A stretch of 64,000 nucleotides of DNA from an uncultured Gammaproteobacteria bacterium (lineage in GTDB: Bacteria > Patescibacteriota > Patescibacteriia > UBA9570): contig CAYLOJ010000001.1 of NCBI GenBank assembly GCA_964385285.1, positions 88,537 through 152,536 of the forward strand. Reading direction: 5' to 3'. The notes beneath the pieces are model-generated. The model saw nothing but the letters and a program-made list of their open reading frames with translations. It did not search any database and was not told the origin of the DNA. The position numbers were made by a program, and so were the translations under genes. Positions 38,357 through 47,374 of the stretch are shown here, one piece after another. Every line of letters starts with the position of its first letter. Within the stretch, counting starts at the first letter, position 1.

Positions 38357-39937
38357 TTAGCATTCTCTGTCAATTATCCAGTCTGTGGATGCAGGCATTT
38401 CCTCTAAATTCGTTAGCAATCGCTCCTCTTTAGTGACTGTATTCATTGCTCGATAATACTCACCACGTGGGGGGTAGTGAAATTTGCGTCGCTCACTCAA
38501 TGTCGTACGATACCATGCAGTGGGAAAGGGTTGCATCAGAGCTTGAAGCACAGGATGCTCAGCCGCGTACGTTTGCACGATCAATTTGGAAACATGATTG
38601 CGCAACCAGATCAATTGCTGCAGTGCGAATTCATGACTGCGAAAATCTGGCCAAGCCAGTTGCGCATCAAGGCTAGTAGCTACTACCAAATCGACCGAAG
38701 ACCAAGGCAGTCGATTAAATGCAGCCGTTGTACCTACATAAATTGGTCGATCGGCGGAGGTGAGGTCGGGGATAGGAGTGGCCGCAGTCACCTCAATCAC
38801 GGGACGATCTGGATACCATTGCGCCAATTGTCGTTTCAACATACCAGTACCGAATCCCGCTACACGTAAGGTTTGGCTATGACACTGCGGACAAGCAGTC
38901 GCTTGCAGATCTGGAATCCAGTGGTGACAGGTCTTACAGACCAAACTGCGTCCTAGCCCAGTACGCTGATGCCAAACCACTACTGTGGTTGCCGCAGCCA
39001 CTTGGTCTTGGACGGCGGGCGTGAATATTTGATTAAATACCGGCCGGACTACAGTTAACTCTGGCAAATAGTCTGGGGTAAGAAGCAGGTCTAAACAAGG
39101 GTGTTGAGCATACTGCTCTAACCGTGGCGCGTAACTAAAAAAAATCGGATTAGTTTGTTGTTCCGTTACCCGCTGCACATGATAACGGGGATTCTGATCC
39201 CATTGTTTGTGGGCGGTATGTTCTGGATCCATGACCATCACTTTAGCTGCTTCTGTTAGCGGTAATAGCGCTAAGCGTTTAGTACCCAAGATCACTCTGG
39301 ATTGTCGTTGCAATAACGCATACCAAGCTTCGCGCACACTACTGCTGCGTTTAGCTTCCACCACCAAGGGACGATAACTAGCTAATACTCCTTGCCAATA
39401 CCGTAACTGAACTTCTTCCGGACAGATCAGCACAATGGGGCCAGTAGTCCCTTTGACTATCCCTAGCATCACCGCAGCTACTTCATTTAAACGCTGGTAG
39501 AGTACAGTAATGGGTTGAGTGCGTGTTAGTGTTTGCGCTACGACTTGCTGAATCAACTCGAGGCGTTTCTGATTAGCAATACCAACCCTTAATTTTACTA
39601 CTGTCTCTTGTGAAACTTGGGCACGCGGTTTGCGCACGAAATCTGGTAACATGGCATGCAGCGCTGAGGCTAAGCTAAGGTAATAGTAATCCTGAAACCA
39701 CAGCGCAAACTTCCAATAGGCCGCAGGCAAAACCAACTGCAAACGATCTGTAATCGTTTTGCTGTTCGGGTAGGAAGCTACATTGAGCTCCGTCACTACA
39801 CCAACCACCGCGCGACTCCGCCAAGGAGTCCAGACTAGCTCACCGACGCGTAGTGAGAGTTCAGTTTGGTAAGTAAAGCGATCCTTGCCGCGAATGACGC
39901 GAATCAAGGGGACGACAGTAACAAACTGCTTCATCAA
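38357..39937 (-). CDS. priA: Divergent primosomal protein N' (PriA-like)
   Basis: N-terminal 3'-binding-like domain, HKQWDQNPRYH, CKTC...CPQC, GFGT, PDFRSHE, IVQTY, ERRKFHYPP; beside def-fmt. Confidence 0.75.
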   Translation of the reverse strand: MMKQFVTVVPLIRVIRGKDRFTYQTELSLRVGELVWTPWRSRAVVGVVTELNVASYPNSKTITDRLQLVLPAAYWKFALWFQDYYYLSLASALHAMLPDFVRKPRAQVSQETVVKLRVGIANQKRLELIQQVVAQTLTRTQPITVLYQRLNEVAAVMLGIVKGTTGPIVLICPEEVQLRYWQGVLASYRPLVVEAKRSSSVREAWYALLQRQSRVILGTKRLALLPLTEAAKVMVMDPEHTAHKQWDQNPRYHVQRVTEQQTNPIFFSYAPRLEQYAQHPCLDLLLTPDYLPELTVVRPVFNQIFTPAVQDQVAAATTVVVWHQRTGLGRSLVCKTCHHWIPDLQATACPQCHSQTLRVAGFGTGMLKRQLAQWYPDRPVIEVTAATPIPDLTSADRPIYVGTTAAFNRLPWSSVDLVVATSLDAQLAWPDFRSHEFALQQLIWLRNHVSKLIVQTYAAEHPVLQALMQPFPTAWYRTTLSERRKFHYPPRGEYYRAMNTVTKEERLLTNLEEMPASTDWIIDREC

Positions 39938-40728
39938 ATTAAACTAAATTGTGCTACTAATAACCCTGAGCCGTGATCTACTTCGTAAGATAGTACAGAC
40001 GCCTGCACACGGGCACCACCCAAGGCACCAGATAATAAGACAAATGTTCGAAATTCATTCACCGATTGTGCCGATTCTGCTAATTCTAGATTAAACGACT
40101 GAAGCTGTGTGAGATCGCCACCGCGAATACAATCCAGAATAGTTTTATTGAACGCTTCACCAGCTGGATGATAACCATGCACAGAATCGGCTGACAACGT
40201 ATGCCCGAGCTCTGCCGAGCTAATCAAAGCGATACGTTTATTGCTTTGTAAGGCTACTGAGCGTAAGAGTTGTCCAAAGGCGTAATGATCTTCTACACCT
40301 AATTGAGCCAAACTAATCGGAACAATTTTTACAGTTGGCAAATGCTGTGTCAAATGATACAACGCTACTGCCGAACCGTAATCTAATTCCGGTTGGGTGA
40401 TGACATTCACGGATTGTGAGTGCTGATCAGCGTATTCTCGAATCTTGGAAACGAGTTCAATATCACCATGCAATCGTAGCGATGTATTGGCATCCCCAAA
40501 ATCTTCATAGGTACAGATAAACTCAGGTGATAAATTCACACTAAAAGCTGCCTCACTCATTGGGGCATGGGGTGAGATCAAGAAAATAGTATCCGGTTGC
40601 ATCACATACAACTCACCTTCTAACTCTTTCATTGCTGCCAATGTACTTTGTAGTTGTTCACCGTTACCACGCACAGTGGGTAATGTACTAGGCGAGTGGG
40701 GAACGATGGCAGCGAAAACGAGTGACAT
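39934..40728 (-). CDS. LigB/Memo-like (class III extradiol dioxygenase subunit B fold) protein
   Basis: AAIVPHSP, PDTIFLISPH, LDYGSAVAL, ISSAELGHTL, LSYE. Confidence 0.75.
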   Translation of the reverse strand: MSLVFAAIVPHSPSTLPTVRGNGEQLQSTLAAMKELEGELYVMQPDTIFLISPHAPMSEAAFSVNLSPEFICTYEDFGDANTSLRLHGDIELVSKIREYADQHSQSVNVITQPELDYGSAVALYHLTQHLPTVKIVPISLAQLGVEDHYAFGQLLRSVALQSNKRIALISSAELGHTLSADSVHGYHPAGEAFNKTILDCIRGGDLTQLQSFNLELAESAQSVNEFRTFVLLSGALGGARVQASVLSYEVDHGSGLLVAQFSLI

Positions 40729-40740
40729 AAGGGGTAGTAA

Positions 40741-42234
40741 TTAGTGGTTGCGATGCTTAGACTTCTGTGTAGTCTGGGCACCAGAATTAGTTGTCGAATT
40801 GGCCTGAGTTTTTTTGGTAGTCTTGGACTTCGTAATACGTAATGGTTTGCCGGTTTCATGTAGTTTAAGCTCAACTTTGCTGGCGGTAACTACATTCCCA
40901 AAGCCACCTAATCGGTCGAGTACTTCCCCCGAAACGACCGGACGTTTCTTACCCTCATCGATGACATAAATTGTATCGCGTTCTGGAATTTTTAGTAAAG
41001 TGCCATCTGCATACTTTACTGGATTACCTGCATCATAGTGATCTAACTCAGATGCGCTCTGACTATGAATCGCATAACCTTTGAATCGATTCTCTAAGAT
41101 ATTGCGCGACCAGATCGGATGCAGCCGTGCAGCATCATCCAAATACACCACTGCTCCGGTACTGCTATTTTGTAAGATCGCACCCAATGGATACTGGTCA
41201 GCTGCGGTGATCGGAGGATTGTCGGCAATCTGATCTAAATCTGCTTGGTTCATTGGCAAGACCTCCTCCGGATTATAACCTAACTGCCGGAAGACTTCAG
41301 CAGAAGTAATAGCTCGTTTTTTGTGATCACTGTCGATCAAATAGATTCCACCCGTTGGGGCCTGAACCAAAATAAACTTAGGAACAAGAATGGGATCGCC
41401 TTCATCATAGCGATCAATCACTGAACTATCGACGACTACAATTTGATTAGGGTTGTAATTCGCCAATAACGCGGCGTACGAAGTAATCGGTCGTAATTCT
41501 CCATTGTCCAATTTATACACGGCACCCGTGAGCGAGTCCTGCATTAATGTGAGGTTGGGGTACTTGAGAATTTCAGAGGCCCGATTAGGGAAAAATCGCT
41601 CCATCAGATCAAAGAAGAGGGAATTGCCGCCAACCGTAGCATCACCACCGTGATAACCTAGCCACGGTGTGTAGGTATATAAGACAGCCGTGGCTTTGTT
41701 TTGTGGAGTAATTGAGATGCCATCCAATGTTGTTTTGGTAATACCAACACCCCAACCAGAAACGGTGCTGTTGCGACTGGCAAGATCAGTGAGATAGGAA
41801 TCACGAATACGACTACCCGCAGCATCCAGTTGCTTTGCAAAGCCCTTGTATTGAATGACGCGCGGATCATCTTTGCTGCAACTATCGCAAACTCCGTAGC
41901 CTAACACCCAATCCAATAAACGACTATTGCTGCCAGTGACTAAACTGGATTCTTTTTGAATGGTCGACAAAATAAACTGCGGGTTTAGCTGATAGCGATT
42001 TGCCGTATTGTAGACAATCTCCGCTGCCGATCGTTGCACACCATCAACATCGGTCGTTGAATAGTCGGCCAAAATTCCGCCTTCGCGGTCTAGGAACGTC
42101 TGAATCCCACTCAAGGACATTCTCGAATAATCAGTCAAATCATCATCACTGATGATTTTATGAGGATTAAACGTGGCGGCTTGTCCAACGACTGGAAATA
42201 AAATTGCTAATGTTAGGGCTATTTTTTTGAACAT
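40741..42234 (-). CDS. Secreted cell-surface protein with lysozyme-like N-terminus and CPR repeat modules
   Basis: Signal peptide; LNPQFILSTIQKESSL, YKGFAKQ, NKATAVLYTYTP; repeated VYxIDxGKKR-like units. Confidence 0.65.
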   Translation of the reverse strand: MFKKIALTLAILFPVVGQAATFNPHKIISDDDLTDYSRMSLSGIQTFLDREGGILADYSTTDVDGVQRSAAEIVYNTANRYQLNPQFILSTIQKESSLVTGSNSRLLDWVLGYGVCDSCSKDDPRVIQYKGFAKQLDAAGSRIRDSYLTDLASRNSTVSGWGVGITKTTLDGISITPQNKATAVLYTYTPWLGYHGGDATVGGNSLFFDLMERFFPNRASEILKYPNLTLMQDSLTGAVYKLDNGELRPITSYAALLANYNPNQIVVVDSSVIDRYDEGDPILVPKFILVQAPTGGIYLIDSDHKKRAITSAEVFRQLGYNPEEVLPMNQADLDQIADNPPITAADQYPLGAILQNSSTGAVVYLDDAARLHPIWSRNILENRFKGYAIHSQSASELDHYDAGNPVKYADGTLLKIPERDTIYVIDEGKKRPVVSGEVLDRLGGFGNVVTASKVELKLHETGKPLRITKSKTTKKTQANSTTNSGAQTTQKSKHRNH

Positions 42235-42278
42235 ATCTCTTTCATTATAGACGACTTTATGATACAGTTCAACCCGTT

Positions 42279-42974
42279 ATGGCAGATCTTGTCCGCCCAA
42301 AGGTATTGGGTGTTGAAATTAATCCAACTACACTAGCTGAAGCTGCTCATACCGCACTCCAGTGGTTGGGTCAATCCACGCTCCAGCCTAAATTGATTTT
42401 TACTCCTAATCCCGAAATGCTGGTTTATGGGCAACGTCATCCGGAATTTCGGACATTACTTAATCAAGGTGATCTAAATTTGCCAGATGGCACAGGTGTA
42501 GTCTGGTTCAGCCATGGACGCATTCCCACTCGCGTCACGGGCACAGACCTAGTGCAACAACTGATCTCAACTTCGGCATCAATAGGTTGCGTGATCGATC
42601 CGAATGGACTATCAAGTAAAGCAGAGATTCAACGAGCACTACCCCAAGCGGAAATTATTACTCCTCAGGAACTTTTCCGCACTCAACCACAACTCATCTT
42701 AGTTGCCTTAGGTAATCCAAAACAAGAACAGTGGATGCTTGAGCATCGCCAAATGGCAGGGTGCCGTGTCATGATGGGAGTAGGGAGTAGCTTGGATCAT
42801 CTCACTGGTAAACAGCGCCGTGCCCCATTGATTTTTCAGCATCTTCGGTTAGAATGGCTATGGCGTCTCTGCACACAACCACGCCGCTTCAAACGCATCG
42901 TGACAGCTATTATTATCTTTCCATATTTAGTCTTAACGAGTTCTGATTCAACTAACCCAGTATCCCATGACTGA
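42279..42974 (+). CDS. WecB/TagA/CpsF family glycosyltransferase
   Basis: TPNPE, PDGTGV, RVTGTDL, VALGNPKQEQW, GVGSSLD, LEWLWRL. Confidence 0.92.
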   Translation: MADLVRPKVLGVEINPTTLAEAAHTALQWLGQSTLQPKLIFTPNPEMLVYGQRHPEFRTLLNQGDLNLPDGTGVVWFSHGRIPTRVTGTDLVQQLISTSASIGCVIDPNGLSSKAEIQRALPQAEIITPQELFRTQPQLILVALGNPKQEQWMLEHRQMAGCRVMMGVGSSLDHLTGKQRRAPLIFQHLRLEWLWRLCTQPRRFKRIVTAIIIFPYLVLTSSDSTNPVSHD

Positions 42975-44373
42975 AGTTCGCACACGTTTCGCACCCTCGC
43001 CAACCGGCAACCTACATATCGGCGGAGCCCGCACTGCTCTGTATTCATATTTGTGGGCCAAAAAAAATCAGGGGAAATTTTATTTGCGCATTGAAGATAC
43101 AGATCGCACACGTTATCAAGCTGGTGCAGAAGCAAGTATTTACGATGGATTAAAATGGATTGGCTTAACCTGGGAGCCTGAGGTCATTAAACAATCTACT
43201 CGCACAGAGATTTATCGTACGCATGCGGCACAACTAGTGGAAGCTGGTAAAGCCTACTACTGTTTTTGTACGGCCGAACGCTTAGAGATGATGCGCGAAA
43301 TACAGATGAAGAAAGGGCGCGCTCCAAAGTATGACAAAACTTGCTTACGACTAAGCGCTGAAGAAGTCAAAGCCAAGCTGGAAAATCAAGAGCGTCATGT
43401 CGTTCGCCTGAATATCGCCGAGCAAGGCACAGTACGCGTCAACGACTTAGTGCGCGGAGCGATTGATTTTCGCTGCGAGGAACTGGATGATCAAATCCTA
43501 TTAAAATCTGACGGCTTTCCTACCTATCATCTTGCTGTAGTAATTGATGATCACGCCCTAGGAATTACACATGTCATTCGTGGCGAAGAATGGATTCCAT
43601 CCACCCCCAAACACGTTTTGCTTTACCAAGCATTCGGCTGGGATGCACCAACGTTTGCCCATCTTTCTCTATTCATCAACAAAGGGGGAGGGAAGCTATC
43701 CAAACGTGAAGGAGCGACTTCATTGTTAGAATATCGCACTCAAGGGTATTTGCCAGAAGCGGTAGTCAATTTTATTGCCTTTTTGGGATGGAATCCAAAA
43801 TCAACTGAAGAATTTTTTAGCTTAGAACAATTAGCTGCTGCCTTTGAATTGAATCAGATCAATACGGCAAATCCTATCTTCGATACCGAGAAACTGGATT
43901 GGTATAACGGACAGTACCTACGACGCTTGACACTCGATGAATTATTAAAGCTCTGCCGACCCTATCTGCCTGCAGCCGAGGATGACTATCTGAAACAAGT
44001 ACTAGCTCTTGAGCAAGATCGCCTAAAAAAACTGACCGACATTACTGAGCTGACCAGTTTCTTTTTCGCGGATAATTTAAAGTATGAACCGAGTTTGCTC
44101 GTCTGGAAAAAATCAACTCCAGCACAATCGAAAGAAGCGTTACAACGCGTAGCAGATTTCTTGAAGACACTTGAAGATTGGAGTGCAACCAACCTAGAGG
44201 CGCAAGTCTTGCCTTGGATTAAGGATCAAGGTTTACAAAATGGCGACGTCTTATGGCCATTGCGCGCAGCTTTGTCCGGACAAAAATTTTCTCCACCACC
44301 GTTCGCAATTGCAGCCATTCTGGGTAAAACCCGTAGTCTGTCCCGTGTCCAAGCGGCGATTGATCTGCTATAA
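42967..44373 (+). CDS. gltX: Glutamate--tRNA ligase
   Basis: RTRFAPSPTGNLHIGG, RIEDTD, THVIRGEEW, KLSKR. Confidence 0.98.
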   Translation: MTEVRTRFAPSPTGNLHIGGARTALYSYLWAKKNQGKFYLRIEDTDRTRYQAGAEASIYDGLKWIGLTWEPEVIKQSTRTEIYRTHAAQLVEAGKAYYCFCTAERLEMMREIQMKKGRAPKYDKTCLRLSAEEVKAKLENQERHVVRLNIAEQGTVRVNDLVRGAIDFRCEELDDQILLKSDGFPTYHLAVVIDDHALGITHVIRGEEWIPSTPKHVLLYQAFGWDAPTFAHLSLFINKGGGKLSKREGATSLLEYRTQGYLPEAVVNFIAFLGWNPKSTEEFFSLEQLAAAFELNQINTANPIFDTEKLDWYNGQYLRRLTLDELLKLCRPYLPAAEDDYLKQVLALEQDRLKKLTDITELTSFFFADNLKYEPSLLVWKKSTPAQSKEALQRVADFLKTLEDWSATNLEAQVLPWIKDQGLQNGDVLWPLRAALSGQKFSPPPFAIAAILGKTRSLSRVQAAIDLL

Positions 44374-44382
44374 TTGAGTTCT

Positions 44383-45606
44383 ATGAAAAAAATCGCCCTA
44401 TTGTTCGCTGTGTCCGTGCTTTTCCCAGCTACGTTAGTGCGTGCGGCCGACAAGGCGGACTTAGCTGACATCCAGGCTAAATTAAAAGAGAAGCAGCAGG
44501 CCTATGATGACCTCCAATCCAAAATTGATGTCTACGAAGAAAACTTAAAGTCAAAGCAGCAAGAAAAAACTACCCTGAACAGTCAGGTGGAGGTATTGGA
44601 TCAAAATATTGATCTCACCAAATCAGAGATGGAGCAGACGGAAATTGAAATTGATAGTTTGGGCTTAGAGATCGACACGCTGCAGATTACTCTCAATGAT
44701 ACACAAGACACGATTGAATCGCATCAAGGTCATATGGAAGACCTCATTCGTGATCTGTATGATTACGACCAGCGCACCTATTTAGAGATTGCCTTATCCC
44801 ATTCGACATTATCAGATTTTTCCACTCAGGTAGAGTACACAGAAAGTGTGAATGATCAGTTCCGCAGTGCTGTCGATAGTTTAAAGCAACTAAAAAAACA
44901 ATTAAAAGAAGATAAAGAAGACCTTTCTGCAAAGCAAGATGCCGAGGAACAGAAAAAAGTGGAATTGACGACTCGCCAAGAGACGTTACAAGGCGAAATT
45001 GATTACAAAACTGGTTTGCTCGCCACAGTCGAAAACGATGAGAGTAAATTTCAACAGCTGATCAAAGATATTCAGCAAGAACAGGAAGGTTACAATGCTG
45101 AGATCTCACAATTGGAAAAATCGGCTCGTGCTACGTATGATGAAATCAATGCTGGAAAAACGGACGACAGTGGCAATGTGACCGATACCTTACCCAGTGA
45201 ATTTGATCCTATCTGGCCTGCGAGTTGTATTGTGACGACCACCTTTCATGATCCTAACTACATTTTTCGTGCTTCCTTTGAGCACGACGCCATTGATTGC
45301 GCCGCTCCACAAGGCACACCACTAAAAGCTGCTGATAGTGGGGTAGTGAGTGTGACGCGTTTTGATGGAACTTCCAATTACGCCTACGTCTTGATTGTAC
45401 ATGCTGATAATTTTTCAACTGTGTATGGTCATGTGAGCGCCATCTATGTCGAGCCTGGTGAAGTGGTACAAAAAGGTCAGATTATTGGAGCAATGGGTGG
45501 CTTGCCCGGCACCCCTGGCTCTGGTGCCTACACAACCGGACCACATGTACATTTTGGTGTACGCTTGAATGGCATTCCTGTGGATCCGTTGTTGTACTTA
45601 CCATAA
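44383..45606 (+). CDS. Coiled-coil M23 peptidase (EnvC/CwlO-like)
   Basis: Signal peptide, long coiled coil, HDAID, YGH, TTGPHVHF, PVDPLLYL. Confidence 0.9.
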   Translation: MKKIALLFAVSVLFPATLVRAADKADLADIQAKLKEKQQAYDDLQSKIDVYEENLKSKQQEKTTLNSQVEVLDQNIDLTKSEMEQTEIEIDSLGLEIDTLQITLNDTQDTIESHQGHMEDLIRDLYDYDQRTYLEIALSHSTLSDFSTQVEYTESVNDQFRSAVDSLKQLKKQLKEDKEDLSAKQDAEEQKKVELTTRQETLQGEIDYKTGLLATVENDESKFQQLIKDIQQEQEGYNAEISQLEKSARATYDEINAGKTDDSGNVTDTLPSEFDPIWPASCIVTTTFHDPNYIFRASFEHDAIDCAAPQGTPLKAADSGVVSVTRFDGTSNYAYVLIVHADNFSTVYGHVSAIYVEPGEVVQKGQIIGAMGGLPGTPGSGAYTTGPHVHFGVRLNGIPVDPLLYLP

Positions 45607-45621
45607 ACAGATCCATATAAA

Positions 45622-45698
45622 GCGAAAGACCCTGAAAGACTGTCGTTGAATGGCACCAAGTTACGGTGCAATTCACACTAGTCTTTCAGGGTCATCGC
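45622..45698. terminator. Long imperfect hairpin at the 3' boundary of GC-rich insert 3
   Basis: GACCCTGAAAGACT (45628-45641) / AGTCTTTCAGGGTC (45680-45693) perfect 14-bp arms; inner TGAAT-GCACC / GGTGC-ATTCA stem; outer GCGA/TCGC. Confidence 0.7.
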
Positions 45699-45711
45699 AT
45701 TCATTGCAGCA

Positions 45712-47169
45712 TCACCACCAGCGGAGCGTGACGTACGGTCCGACTCGCCCCACCAGCTGGAAGCCGACGGGAGTCTGGAACGTTGCCTCCACCTCACCGG
45801 CTTTGGTGTACAGCGTCGTGGGCAGAGAGGCGCCGTTGGTGTAGCGCATCTCCAAAGCTCCGAAGACGCCGACGTTCCAGCCGTAGCGCTCGCCCGTGTG
45901 TTGACCAACACCAGCACGCAGGCCAGGACCATACCAAGGCATCATCTGCACCTGGGTGAATTGATTGTGGTTTGAGCCACAAAGCATATTCAGGTCCGAG
46001 CCCTCTTCACAGTTGAACACAGTCGGACCGAAGCCCGCCATGATCAGCGGATTGATCCGGTACTCCCACGACTTGCCGAGATCGTGGTGGAGCACCGGTC
46101 CGAAGCCCACGTAAACATCTGGCACGATGGTGCCTGCCGCCTTGTCCTCGTTGATCAAGGCCCCGGCGAGAGCTACGTAGATCTGCTGGCTGTACTGCAG
46201 CTGGAGGAGATCGAACTGGAGACCGGAGCTTGCCCAACCCAGCCGGTTGCCGTTGGCACTGATCGTGACGACCGGGATTGGCAAAGTCACCGCACCGAAC
46301 GGGTGCACCTGCAGCGCGGGAGCGGCGGAGGCAACAGGAGCCGTGGCAGTGAACAGCACGTTGTCCGGCAGTTTGGGCGCGTACGTGCCCTTGCCGTCGA
46401 ATCCCACCACTTCATAGAATTGGCAGCTTCCGCTGACCAACTCGTAGGTCGTTTTGGGAGTGCTGACTCCACGCTGATTGGGATCGCTCACGCTCTTGGT
46501 CACCGTCTTGTAGACGGCGACGAACCAGCGACCAGCCCCGTACAGGGTGTCACTGGTCGCCTTGCCCGAGATCCCGAGCGGGCTGACGGCAGCATCCAAT
46601 TTCTTGGGGCACTGCTTCGCCGTCGCTTCAGCGAGGTCGCGGATGCGAACGTACCCAGGCTGCACCTGTGGAATCTGGATATCCAAATCCAAGAAGTACA
46701 GCTTCTTGTCTGGCGCCCAGCTGATTACAGGCTTGTAAACCTGGTCAACCTGATGCTCGACGACCTGGCGGGGCTGGCAACTGTCGGGTTCGAGAACCCA
46801 GCTGTTACGATCCACCCGATGGTAGACCCCTACATAGTAGGTGTCACCGGGGGTGAGGACGTAGTCATCGCTGGAGTACCGGACGTCCGCGAGTGACCGC
46901 TTCCAGGGATGGAAGAGGTTGCCGTTGATGTCGACCGGGTCTGGAGCAGCCGGACAACTCCGGTTGATGTAGACCGCGACCAGGTAGTTCGCCGGAATGT
47001 AGTCCGCCTTGTTGATCCTCAAGTCGGGCTCCGAGAACCGGAGGTTGATCTCCTGGTTCGTTCGGTCGATAGCGGTCGCATCCTGGGCCCGAGCCACCGG
47101 CATGGTGACGAGAAGGGTAAGGAGGCAAGCCGCCAGCACGAGCAGGGAGCGGGTGAGAGAGAGCAGCAC
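45712..47169 (-). CDS. GC-rich secreted protein with outer-membrane beta-barrel-like C-terminus
   Basis: GAGGTG SD before GTG; signal peptide ...MPVARA; two related Cys-containing domains; amphipathic strands ending GPYVTLRWW. Confidence 0.7.
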   Translation of the reverse strand: MLLSLTRSLLVLAACLLTLLVTMPVARAQDATAIDRTNQEINLRFSEPDLRINKADYIPANYLVAVYINRSCPAAPDPVDINGNLFHPWKRSLADVRYSSDDYVLTPGDTYYVGVYHRVDRNSWVLEPDSCQPRQVVEHQVDQVYKPVISWAPDKKLYFLDLDIQIPQVQPGYVRIRDLAEATAKQCPKKLDAAVSPLGISGKATSDTLYGAGRWFVAVYKTVTKSVSDPNQRGVSTPKTTYELVSGSCQFYEVVGFDGKGTYAPKLPDNVLFTATAPVASAAPALQVHPFGAVTLPIPVVTISANGNRLGWASSGLQFDLLQLQYSQQIYVALAGALINEDKAAGTIVPDVYVGFGPVLHHDLGKSWEYRINPLIMAGFGPTVFNCEEGSDLNMLCGSNHNQFTQVQMMPWYGPGLRAGVGQHTGERYGWNVGVFGALEMRYTNGASLPTTLYTKAGEVEATFQTPVGFQLVGRVGPYVTLRWW

Positions 47170-47374
47170 GAAGCACCTCGTTTCGCTTGGGTTATTGCTG
47201 ATGGAACACTTTCAATGAACGCAATGGACGAACTATTCGCCCAAACGAACTGATCATGAATGGAATCATGCTCAACTCATTTGGGTGGGCCGGCAGGGGA
47301 ATGCAGAACAAGTCATACACGCCCCCACCGACCGATTCCTCCTCAGGAACCCTTAGATACAGACACCCAGTCGG

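Noticed and set aside
45622-45698. Integron attC site
   Set aside because: No clear RYYYAAC/GTTRRRY core pair and no integrase in the window; kept only as an unexplained hairpin.
46084-46896. 270-aa plus-strand ORF and neighbouring short ORFs
   Set aside because: Antisense to the 485-aa gene, which has an SD and signal peptide; long open antisense frames are expected at high GC.
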